Part shown: positions 13,221 through 24,938 of the stretch, one piece after another
Position numbering within the stretch: the stretch's first letter is position 1
Layout of the letters: each line of letters opens with the position of its first letter
Assembly: GCF_022045235.1 (NCBI RefSeq)
Contig: NW_027266343.1
Coordinates: forward strand, 27,900,001-27,964,000
Direction of reading: 5' to 3'
DNA length: 64,000 nt
Source: Haliotis cracherodii
Taxonomy: Eukaryota
The notes under the pieces: generated by a model
What the model was told of the DNA's origin: nothing
Databases searched by the model: none
What the model saw: the letters and a program-made list of their open reading frames with translations, nothing else
Program-made: the position numbers and the translations under genes

Positions 13221-14119
13221 TCAGCCTTCCAAAAGGATTGTAATACATTAATGTAAGCCCCAGCACTGGGTTTGCCAACAGTTTACTTGTTGGACAAAGT
13301 AGGAACGAATGCTCTGAATGTTTCTGTTTGTTTACAATATAAGGAAGACCAAATTAAATAAAACAACTCGTGCTTGTGTCCATTTGTTCGTATGTTTCCC
13401 CTTCAGCTGAAGGCCCCCGTATGAAAAGGTCCGTGATACGGGTCATACAGAGCGTGGCCTAATGCTTCTACAACAAGGAACAAGTTGGCCAATCAAGTGT
13501 TCAATCAAGGGCTCAATGAAGTAAGCACAGTCCACCTGTTAAGTTTGTTCACTGTCTACTTCAGAAGATGATCAAATATGGAAGGATCTCAGTTTATTAA
13601 AAGAACATTTCTACATTTCCAATCATACGGCGATAGCTGAGTTAAAAGAATCGTGCAATCGTCTACATCAGCTAAACATAATAATTAAATAACAAGAATG
13701 TGACAACCTTCTTTGGCTTTATAAATTATTTATTTTATTCAGAGATACGAGGGAAAACAAGGACTATTAAACCCTTCAAAAAGGAAGAAACAACAACATT
13801 CTCGTAAAACTACAGCCGTAAAAGACACCATGCTTCGGATAAAATAAATAAAATTTGACCTATTTAAATTGGGGTTGTCTATGAAGTCGTGCATGCCTGG
13901 ACAGGTGGATATCATATGCTGAATTGTTGAGAAGACAGTCACGAAAGGGGTGTTCTTGACAAACAAAGTTCTTATGTCATCAAGGAAGCCTAAACGTACG
14001 TAATGGGTATTCAGGGGATGAAACCCATGTGAAAACGTTCTTTGATTATTTAGTATAAAAACCTTGATGTTGATGATTTTGAACACCCCAGTTCTCATAT
14101 AAAAGATCGTTTGCATTTT

Positions 14120-14675
14120 AGAGGTACTTCTGTGGTCTCGTCGATAAGTCTGTATGCTTCACGTAGAGGTACTTCTGTGGTCTCGTCGATAAGTCTGTAT
14201 GCTTCACGTAGAGGTACTTCTGTGGTCTCGTCGATAAGTCTGTATGCTTCACGTAGAGGTACTTCTGTGGTTTCGTCGATAAGTCTGTATGCATCACGTA
14301 GAGGTACTGCTGTGGTTTTGTTTTGAAGTTTGTATGCTTCACGTAGATGTACTGCTATGGTTTTGTCATGAAGTCTGTATGCTTCACGTACAGGTACTGC
14401 TGTGGTTTTGTCGTGAAGTCTTTATGCTTCACGTAGAGGTACTGCTGTGGTTGTGTCGTGAAGTTTGTATGCTTCACGTACAGGTACTGCTGTGGTTTTG
14501 TCTGAAGTTTGTATGCTTCACATAGAGGTACTGCTGTGGTTTTGTCGTGGAGTCTGTATGCTTCACGTACAGGTACTGCTGTGGTTTTGTCGCGAAGTTT
14601 GTATGCTTCACGTACAGGTACTGCTGTGGTTTTGTCGTGGAGTCTGTATGCTTCACGTACAGGTACTGCTGTGGT
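14120..14675 (+). repeat. 45-bp minisatellite
   Basis: Same unit as 6585-6910, about 12 copies. It explains the periodic ORFs at 14111-14883. Confidence 0.9.
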
Positions 14676-16088
14676 AACTTACATTATTATGCTGTTTCGT
14701 ATAAACAATATCATACAAATAAAAAATAAAAAATATAGTGTATTAGTATATACATATATCTTGGTAGTAACAGCTTTGACACAAGGTAACAGTATTCAGT
14801 TACATTGTTACACATGTCAGTCTGTCATATTGCATACTTCACTTAAAATAATATCATACATCTTGCAAACAATGTTGTGTTGAACATTGTCTGTTACTGA
14901 GCAAGGGGTTCCTGAAAGAGATAAATACAGTGTGGCAACATCAAGATCATCTTGGTAACAGTCATGTCTTCAACTCATGACTTATACGTGAGAGTTGAAA
15001 TAGCGGTAAAATAATATGAATGGGGCACTGAAAATCAGCGATGAAAGTAACAAAAGAGGCATACATGTGTAAATGCAGTAACTTAATTTAAAAAATAGCA
15101 GCTACATTAAGAGTTAATACAACTTGTAACCCCATTTATACCATCCTCTTTGAACTTATGTCAAACATTACCAATTCAACAAAAGGAAAATAGAAGCCTT
15201 CTCTCGATTTAAAACCCGTTAAAGAACATATAAGTTTACAGTTTAACCATATTTCTCATGTGGTCTAAAAAACATAAACTCATACGTACAACATTAGGAC
15301 ATGGTGATCGAGAAATAAAACAAGATTATTTAGAACAGGTTCAAACGAAGAGGTAAGTCTGTTGTTGAGGGCGGTCTAAGTAGTGATAACTTGTGCACAA
15401 AACGGTTCACATAAATATTTCAAACGAAGCACGTGTCTACATCCCACAAATGGGTAAAACGAATGATTTGTCAAAAGCAAACGCAACTGGAGAATGGGGG
15501 AACAGGTGAACGGGGGACAGGGACTTGTCGCCCATAAAGAAGTATTGGCCTATAACAATATCTAAACAGATCAACAGTCCCACTGAAGGTCCACAGCGTG
15601 TGCGTGTCGAGCACACAACTTTGTTTACGAATCTCTATAATTAGTAGTGTACGTGGTAAATGACATTATTCGTGCCTGACTACACCTGGCTGCCAATCTC
15701 GGATTAATTTGCATGGTTTCCAGAACTGCGACGTGCTCCTGCAATATAACATGACGTCATCGTCTTACTCGTGGCTATAGCAGTGTTGATTGTTCTAGAA
15801 TGCCTTGACTGAGACTGAATGCAAGGCAGGACAGGTGAGAACACTCATGTGTACATTCTCCTTAACGATACTGTAATCAGCAGCCTTACTGGAGGTGACA
15901 CCTTGTGTGTGTCGTGCACACGGCATTATTATTTAAACTCGATATGGTGCTCTACGTGGTAAATGACATTGTTCGTGCCTGACTACACACAGGCAACACA
16001 GTTGGATTACGGATCCTATAATAGAACATGGAGTCACCTCCTAGCCCAAGCCTATATAAGTGTTGAATGTTCTCGAGTGTTGGGTCAG

Positions 16089-16149
16089 TATATAAAGCAG
16101 GACAGCGGCGACTTAAACACATCCATTTACATCACCAGGACAGGTGAGT
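16089..16149 (+). promoter_or_regulatory. TATA box and non-coding first exon of MTBD-like copy 3
   Basis: TATATAAA at 16089-16096 and donor cag|gtgagt at 16144, near-identical to 8551-8611. Confidence 0.65.
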
Positions 16150-16715
16150 ACGCTAACATGTTCATTTTCTTTAACAATACTGTAATGCTTTAATAGCCAT
16201 CTTCTGATTTTATTGAGTAGAGGTGTTTAATTTACCTTTCAGAGTATTGGCTGTTGAGCTAGCTGGTTTTGTAGATAGTTGACACATGACTCAGGGTTGT
16301 AGCTGTATGACAGACAATGTTTCAGTCCTGGTGAGATGCAATCAGTTTCCCGATACATGTACATGTGTATAGCTCACGTGTCTCACTGTCTCAACTATTT
16401 GTATAATACGAACATATCATTATTATCTACAGTGATTGAAGAAATATATTTGGAAAGAAACGATACTAAATGAAATAGTTCTGCCATTCTATCTCGTTTT
16501 TTAATGGACTCTTACGAATAGACATGTTGCAATCGGAATGCTACTTTGTGTATCGCGTGTGATATTATGGAACGTTCACGTTGTCTTACATGATAACAAT
16601 TTATCCACTGAGTTGGCACCGTGCAATCACCAATAGCAGATTTCATGGTTGTAACCAAGGAGACATGTACACCACGGACTGACTATTTGTTGTAGATCAT
16701 ACAGAAGGCAACACC

Positions 16716-19700
16716 ATGTCAAAGGGCGGAAATACAGTTATCGACAAGAATGATATCACGGAAATAAAATCCCTAAGTAACCCGCCTCAGCTGGTCAAAG
16801 AACTCCTGACAGTGACACTCCTGCTGCTGGGCTACCCTGAGAAGGAGGCTGAGGTCAGTTCCGTAACACCATGGTGAGAGGGGAGGGGGGGGAGCGTTAG
16901 TAGTGAGGTAGTGAGGTCGGTCATACGCGAGGCAGAGATGCGGGTCGGCCGACTAATGGTGGGTGACTGCAGATGACAATCACATTGATTATATGGGGTG
17001 GACAGTTGGATTTCTGGCGGCTGGCGAAGTATGTGTGTGTATTTGGGAGAGGAGGGGGTAGGGGGTAGAATGTTCTTATAACTGCTTGAAAATAAATCTC
17101 ATCATCTAAAGAAGTCTATCGTTCGTCAACAGCCAAACCTCCCTGGTCATCCGTTGCTCCTTGATGTCTGTATCAGAGCAACAGCTTGTTCTTGCTGTTA
17201 AAGCGTAATCTTCCCATGCCCCTGTCCAACCGTTTGATTGTAAATGAACAGTACATCTTTATTTTTATATCCATATCTATGTAGGTTGGCATGCTGTTAG
17301 TGCAGCCAAGTTTCACTTAAAACTCACGTTCCCTTGATCTGGGTACCGTAGCACGTGCATTACTCAGCAAATTGTTTGGGCCATTGACTCTCAACCATTT
17401 TGTATCACTATTCTGGCTTTGGACCCGACGTGTCCAAATTTCAGTTTGGTAACGTTTCTTCATCAGTTTACATCAAAAGTTATGCTATTTATGTCCATTA
17501 TCCACAATCTTAGTAATTGAAAAGTTCATTCCTCGATCAGTGTTGAATACATATCATGTCAAGTTGACCAGTTTTCTGTCATTCTGAAGAAGACTGAACA
17601 CTGGGTGCTTGCCATACAAGGTGTAAACAATGGTCTTTTATTATTTCAAAATGCTTTAGTATGCTGCTATTTTAAATGTTCTGTTATAAAACCACCTACT
17701 TATATATCGCCTAAATATCACATCAACCGCCCCAGAGATGGGTATCAGTGAACGAACAGATTATACGACTCTTCAAATGGGAAAATGGACGTCACATTAT
17801 TTGAAGACATCTACATTTGGAAATGATGAAGGGTTGGGCGAAAAGCAATGATGGTAGATCCCTGCATTCAGGAAGACTGGTAGATTGAACTTTCTTGAAA
17901 TAGTACATATTAAAGATTCAAGTTAGTACAGCTAAACACCATTGATAATGGCTGATGTTAATACTGATGCAAGTGCATTTACCCAAACACGATGGATACT
18001 AGAGTGTATCCTTTCTAAACAAAATAAGGGGTACACCACAAAGGCAATATTTTCAAGAGAAGAATTGTAAAAGATGTCATAATGCAGGCTGCAGGAAACT
18101 GCACATATTCATCTTCGTGGCGACTCCCCATGATTGGCCGTTGCCCATGTCATTATTATTATGATTTCTGTATTATTGGTTTTACACCAGAACTATAACA
18201 CGTGCCGTCGTGTCGTGGCTGACACAGGGAAGGATGGTCTGCAGCAGCAGATGATGAACAAGGACGCCAGCTCCATCCCTCCTGACACAGTGGCCAAAGT
18301 CAGGGCTAAGCTGCAAGAGCACTCGGTGGAAAGGGCTAAGAAAGTGTCCTTAGCTTCAGCCGGACTATACACGTGGGTAAGTGACTATTTGGCTATACAT
18401 GTGGGTAAGTGACCAGTTGGCTATACACTTGGGTAAGTGACCAGTTGGCTATGCACATGGGTAAGTGACTAGTTGTCTATGCACGTGGGTAAGTGACCAG
18501 TTGGCTATACACGTGGGTAAGTGACCAGTTGGCTATACACGTGGGTAAGTGACTAGTTGGCTATGCACGTGGGTAAGTGACCAGTTGGCTATACACTTGG
18601 GTAAGTGACCAGTTGGCTATACACGTCGGTAAGTGACCAGTTGGCTATACATGTGGGTAAGTGACCAGTTGGCTATACACGTGGGTAAGTGACTAGTTGG
18701 CTATACACGTGGGTAAGTGACCAGTTGGCTATACACGTGGGTAAGTGACCAGTTGGCTATACACGTGGGTAAGTGACCAGTTGGCTATACATGTGGGTAA
18801 GTGACTAGTTGGCTATACACGTGGGTAAGTGACTAGTTGGCTATACACGTGGGTAAGTGACCAGTTGGCTATACACGTGGGTAAGTTACCAGTTGGTTCA
18901 ACAGTATGGTCTGTGTGGTGCTATACTTGTGGGTAAGTGACTGGTTCAACAGTATGATCTGTGTGGTGGAATACTTGTGGGTAAGTGACTGGTTCAACAG
19001 TGTGGTCTGTGTGGTGCTATACTTGTGGGTAAGTGACTGGTTCAACAGTGTGGTCTGTGTGGTGTATTACTTGTGGGTAGGTGACTAGTTCAACAGTGTG
19101 GTCAGGGTGGTGCAATACTTGTGGGTAAGTGGCCGGTTCAACAGTGTGGTCTGTGTGGTGCAAAACTTGTTGGTATGTGACTGGTTCAACAGTGCTGTTT
19201 GGGCGGTGCAATACTTGTGTGTGACCTGTTCAACAGTGTGGTCAGGGTGGTGCAATGCTTGTGGGTAGGTGACTGGTTCAACAGTGTTGTCGGGGTGGTG
19301 CAATGCTTGTGGGTAGGTGACTGGTTCAACAGTGTTGTCGGGGTGGTGCAATGCTTGTTGGTAAGTGACTGGGTCAACAGTGTGGTCTGTGTGGTGCAAT
19401 ACTTGTGGGTAAGTGACCGGTTCAACAGTGTTGTCGGGGTGGTGCAATGCTTGTTGGTAAGTGACTGGGTCAACAGTGTGGTCAGGGTGGTGCAATACTT
19501 GTGGGTAAGTGACCGGTTCAAAAGTGTTGTCGGGGTGGTGCAATGCTTGTGGGTAAGTGACCGGTTCAACAGTGTGGTCTGTGTGGTGCAATACTTGTGG
19601 GTGGGTGACTGGTTCAACAGTGTGGTCTGTGTGGTGCAATACTTGTGGGTAGGTGACTAGTTCAAATGTGGTAAGGGTGGTGCTATACTTGTTGATATGT

Positions 19701-20114
19701 TACATGAGTGCGAGACACATGAATATGGAATATTAGTGTTTTAAGTGATAGCTTACGTTTGTGTAGAGAATGTTAATATTTTCAACATACAGTAATCTAC
19801 GTTGCATTATTTTATTTATTATAACCATTGGTCATTATAAGCACATATACAGCATACAGACAGGACCAAAACACAGTTCATTATATCCGCCAATTCATTA
19901 TAACCGTGTTCAATATAAACATAGTTTACTGTACATTGTATAACTGTTAGTGTATTGGGCATTGATGACTGGGTATCTGGAAAGGTCTTAGTTTGAAGTA
20001 TAGCCAAGTGTACAGGTTTTCAACCAATCTAAAGGGTTAAAGGGTAATGTTTCTAATATAAACGTTGTACATCACATGTGTGTTTTATTGCAGGCAGCCA
20101 AGATGACAGCGTAA
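16716..20114 (+). CDS. Stand-alone dynein-stalk MTBD-like microprotein, copy 3 (114 aa; exons 16716-16853, 18191-18376, 20094-20114)
   Basis: Protein: MSKGGNTVIDKNDITEIKSLSNPPQLVKELLTVTLLLLGYPEKEAE/NYNTCRRVVADTGKDGLQQQMMNKDASSIPPDTVAKVRAKLQEHSVERAKKVSLASAGLYTW/AAKMTA*. The last exon keeps its acceptor, frame and stop although its flanks are diverged from copies 1 and 2, which supports the gene model. This copy is closest to the dynein consensus (DITEIKS..NPP; KKVS.A.AGL..W). Confidence 0.82.
18365..18895 (+). repeat. 28-bp splice-donor minisatellite (19 units)
   Basis: Donor GT from 18377 to 18881, a difference of 18 x 28. Confidence 0.95.
18896..19700 (+). repeat. 48-bp minisatellite retaining the tgg|gtaagtgac donor core
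   Basis: Unit tacttgtgggtaagtgactggttcaacagtgtggtctgtgtggtgcaa, about 16 copies. It accounts for the periodic ORFs at 18906-19660. Confidence 0.9.
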
Positions 20115-22278
20115 TCTGGACACGCAGCCTTCAGCAATGGGTGGCTGTGTCTGTAATGCCATCATGTACAATACCCTCTAAAGGACAAGTATATATGTAT
20201 ATGGGTTTTGCGATCTTGTCAAGCGTTTGCATTTTGGACAAAACATAAAGAGATGAGGCTGGGTCTGAAAGAAAATGGATTGTATTTGTCTTAGTTTTAC
20301 CAGGAACAACAAAAGAATGATGTTAGCTGTTTAATGTTCATTATATTGTTATTGCGGAGTTATTGTTGTGTTAACCTTCCATTTTCAGGGTCCCAAGGTT
20401 ATTTGTACTAAATAAGGGGGGCAAAACACATTTAGAACAAAGGATAGGAGGCTTTGAGCAATCAAGTGTACTGTGTAGTAGTTCAATTACATACCGTAGC
20501 TGTGAGGGCACATTATTTAGCCTTGTCTATCAGTTACAAATGATGGTGTCAAGATGAGGTGATAGGTGGTTTAATACATCAGAGACCTTTCAGAGTGTCA
20601 GCATATGTTTTACGTACATGTATTTAGTATTATTATCATTATTATTATTATTATTATTATTATTAAATATGGTATCCAGGTACTTATTTCAGCTTAAATG
20701 GCGCGGTTTTATTTTTTACCCAACCAGTGAATCAGTTTGCATTCCAGTTATCATTCTCATCTCCCTGGGGAGTATACAACCCATGCTGCCTATGGGCGTT
20801 AGAGGGTTTTTACATCCACCTCACATATGTGTTCACCAACAAAAGAAACGCAAATACCATAAATGTTGGTTTATGTACGAAGAATTACTCATATTTGAGT
20901 GATATTAGATTGGTTTGATGCACAAACCAACTAACTCGTGTCTTGTGTGAACCCATGCTCATGAACGCATCACATGTGACATCATAGACCCATGACTTGA
21001 GATGCGCCATTTGTCTCATGCAGGATTAGTGTGTCAAGTTTTGAAATCATGTGCAGCATATTGTGATAAGAATAAAGACACTCTGTGGTAACTCTTGACT
21101 GATTGTCCTTTAAGTGGTACACATTGGAAACATGTCTTCTTAATGTATGTACTTCTCTGGTTCTCTTGGCAGTGAGTATTTAAATGATAATGACATATAA
21201 ATACTAATAAAGCCCATGGGGCGATTCCAGATTATGATTGGTTACAAATAAGGTATGCTTGTCGCCAGGGGCTAAATTGATCAGGGTTGTTGAGCTTGTT
21301 AGTTGGGTGGCATCCTAATCCAGCGTGAGACGTTGCTCACAATATCAGTCAATGGTTTGTGTTGAAGACTTGATTAGTTCCACACAACTGGGATACATTA
21401 GAGCAAAATAAATTAAATGACTTGTCAAGGACAATAAAATTCATTTATTAACAAAGCATGGATTCATTTCAAATTTTATTATTTGAATAAACAATTCTAC
21501 AGTTCAAGTCGGACAATAAGCTCACAAAACAATTATCATGCATTCATCTTTATCAAATATTAATAACAAATAAATGAAAAAATCTATGGCAATCATTCTT
21601 TCTTTGGTTTCTTTAATTATTTATTATATTCAGACATACATGTATGTCAAAACAAGAGAATCACAGGAAGACGAGCGTCATGAACAATAAACTGTTCATA
21701 TTAGCAAACAAACACACCAAGCATACTGGTTATGACAAGACAATGTTTTGAGTATTATAAATAACATTTACTTCAAACATTGAAAACTGTAATTACACTG
21801 TTTACAAGTTCATTCAAAATGAAGCCAGCACTAAAGACATGTAGAAACATATTTAAAAAACAAAAAAACTTTCTTCATGTTAAAAGTTATCTAAAATATA
21901 TCAAATATTCCATGTTCGACATAAATCACATGAAATCACTTCAAACAATTGTAAATTTTCTCAAAATGCATCTGTTTATATAGCTGTCAGTGATGTAAAT
22001 GATTCAGCTTTACGCAAACATTTATTTCTGATATGACGCAATGACAGATTCATCTTGAAGTTCACAATCGATAAACCAGTCTAAAAGAGCCACTAGATAG
22101 CAGTCTATGGAGATCTGTGAATGTCAGAAAGTAGTTTAGAACTGGCTCCATGTCTTTCAACAGCTGCACCAATACTCAGCCTAGTTCTTCAAAACCACAA
22201 GATTGGGTGTCACCACATATACACATACCTGATTACAGGGATTATGGATGAACTTTCCTGGTTGTTGAATGAATGAGA

Positions 22279-22545
22279 CAGTGAGTGAGTGAGTTTAATG
22301 CCGCCTTAAACAGTATTCCGGTTATATCACTGCATCAGCTTAATGTATGAGAAAAGCCCCAAAAGTGATGCAGGTCTCAGACGTTTATCACTTTGGTGAA
22401 ACCCACGAGCATTGGTATGGTGGTGACAAACCAAGAAACAGGATTCGAACCCAGGATCATTGGTTTCAGGCATGCCCAAGGGAGGCAACTCTGCACAGTG
22501 AATTGTGGCACCTAAGATGACTGCTGGCCCCAGTGCTCCTTTTTG
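22279..22545 (-). mobile_element. SINE-like interspersed repeat with (ACTC)n tail (second copy at 32540-32860)
   Basis: Blocks shared with 32540-32730: cagtattcc..tatatcac, tcagcttaat..gaaaagccc..aagtgatgcaggtctc, gattcgaaccca, gcccaagggaNgcaactctgcacag. Confidence 0.65.
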
Positions 22546-23923
22546 AATGGTGTTTAGTTCTCAGCCATAAATTAAAGCCTTTGGCAAGTATTTCACAAGC
22601 ATTTGGCGAGATTCTGTTCAACATTCCCTCATGAGCGAGAGAGACAGATAAGCTATTACCGTACGTTTCTACACACAGCAGCAATATGACATCATGAACA
22701 ATAAGAATGTTCAACTGACCAATCAAAACAAAGATTACATTACGGTAACATATTAAAAAGTTATTACCCAGTAGATTTAATTCATATATGAAACAATCTG
22801 TATACTTGAATTTTTTGTAAAAATACAGAAACAAATTCTGGTAAAACCACTTTTTAATGGAAGATTCTGTGAAGATACTTGGCATATTGTGTTGACTTAA
22901 AAAACATCATTACACTGAGAAACCACGAAAACATCAAGGGAACAAAAAAAATCTTACAGTAAAAAGTACAAACCAGATTTTTCGTTGAAATAAATAAGAT
23001 AGAGATTTTGATTTCAAAGCTCACTACAAAGTTATGATAGTCCATATGAGGTATTGTACCTTCAGATAAAAAAGCCATCAGCTTATGCTATGACAACTTC
23101 AGTCACACTCTCATATATAATTGACACAACATTAACAAGTACCGTCCACATGAATACTTACATGACACGTACAGGGCAACAACATGCCCTCTGTTGTCAC
23201 CAGAATACTATTTCTGTCCTATAATGGATAGTAATATCGACTTAATTAACCAATATCAAAACTTGATATCATGATCTAGTAAATATGCAAATGAGCTCAC
23301 CTATTAGGAACAACTTTTAAGTTCCATAACTTGATGTAAAGTGTGTTTGATTGACGTTCCCAGAATGTTGTGACAGGGGTTTCCCCATGTGTTGGTGTTT
23401 CAGAAGAAAAACATGGCTGAAAATCATTGGTACTATATGATAAATGCAACTAGGCATGAAGCCCACACAGAGACTGGCCGTGCTGTTTCCCACCCCAAGG
23501 TAACAATGATGAAAGTCACTGGGCATGACACATTACACATAATGATGTGAGGGTAACAATGTGGATCATCGGGACATGTTCTTTCACTGCACGACCAGCC
23601 TCCATCCAGACATATATATTATGAGATATATATTAAACAATGTGTAAACATCATCATACTGTATTCTACCTAATAAACCCCCTTCTCTGTATAAGAAATC
23701 CCAATCTCAAGTGTAGTGACGGGCACCCCACCCTGGCTCGATAGAGTTAAACAATTGCCCCAAAACATATTTTACACAGTGCAAAAATATATTGACTCTT
23801 CACTTGCCCACAATAAAATTCATTTGCCCAAGTTTAATGATTTTAAGACTTCTCTGGTCGGCCACAACCAGGAACTAAACCATTCTGCATTCTGTGTAGT
23901 GTTACAAAGTGTCCTGGACATTA

Positions 23924-24242
23924 GGTGAGGTGCAATGGGGTTTAACGTCGCGTCCAAGACTATTGCACTTATATAGCGATGTGCACGCGTGTGTTTATGT
24001 GTGTGTGTATGGCTGCTTCCTAGTCCGGGGTGATGATGGTTTTTATTGGTAGCACACTGAGACACCATGCCGCAGTTTAAGATGAGTACCCCACTCAGAC
24101 ACAATATACTGAGTCCGAGCTGATCAATCCTTGTTTTAGCCCCTTAATGACAAGTCTTTTGGTATGACACGGCCAGGAATCAAACCTCGGACCTTCTTCT
24201 CTTGGGGCGGACGCTCTACCACTAGACCACAAAGGCGGTCTC
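23924..24242 (-). mobile_element. tRNA-derived SINE with 12-bp TSD
   Basis: The minus strand starts with a tRNA-like head (tagtggtagagcgtccg ... ggtttgattcc). The TSD tcctggacatta is at 23912-23923 and 24243-24254. Homologous to 35504-35862. Confidence 0.85.
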
Positions 24243-24558
24243 TCCTGGACATTAACACCTGAGATAGGGAGTAACTGAAAACATCATAAAAATGAATGTT
24301 CTATGTTAAACTCTTATCTCATTAAATAACTATGAAAAGTAGGATTTATTTACTGTTTCTGTTAACATATTCAGATGCCTGGATCAATCAATCAGTGAGG
24401 ATGGATGTACAACATGTAGTCTGACCTGTACACAATACTGTACACGTGGTCTGGCGAAGGTAATTTTACATAAATACATACCGCCAAAATATGCTATTGC
24501 TGCACTTAAAACAAAAGAATGCTTAGACAAAGAACTGATGGTAACAATATCAGAACTC

Positions 24559-24938
24559 CCTCGCCAGTGGTATCCATATTAATGCCTGATTTGACTTGTA
24601 ACTAACCTTGCCAGTGGTATCCATATTAATGCCTGATTTGACTTGTAACTAACCTCGCCAGTGGTATCCATATTAATGCCTGATTTGACTTGTAACTAAC
24701 CTCGCCAGTGGTATCCATATTAATGCCTGATTTGACTTGTAACTAACCTCGCCAGTGGTATCCATATTAATGCCTGATTTGACTTGTAACTAACCTCGCC
24801 AGTGGTATCCATATTAATGCCTGATTTGACTTGTAACTAACCTTGCCAGTGGTATCCATATTAATGCCTGATTTGACTTGTAACTAACCTCGCCAGTGGT
24901 ATCCATATTAATGCCTGATTTGACTTGTAACAAACCTA
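24559..24938 (+). repeat. 47-bp minisatellite, 8 near-identical copies
   Basis: Unit cctcgccagtggtatccatattaatgcctgatttgacttgtaactaa. Confidence 0.92.

Noticed and set aside
4061-19700. Regularly spaced 28-48-bp repeats resembling a CRISPR array
   Set aside because: The units are contiguous with no unique spacers, no cas genes are present, and the context is eukaryotic.
2963-20114. Fragments of a true dynein heavy chain gene or pseudogene
   Set aside because: No AAA, stalk coiled-coil or tail exons are nearby. Each copy has its own ATG, stop and conserved tiny last exon.
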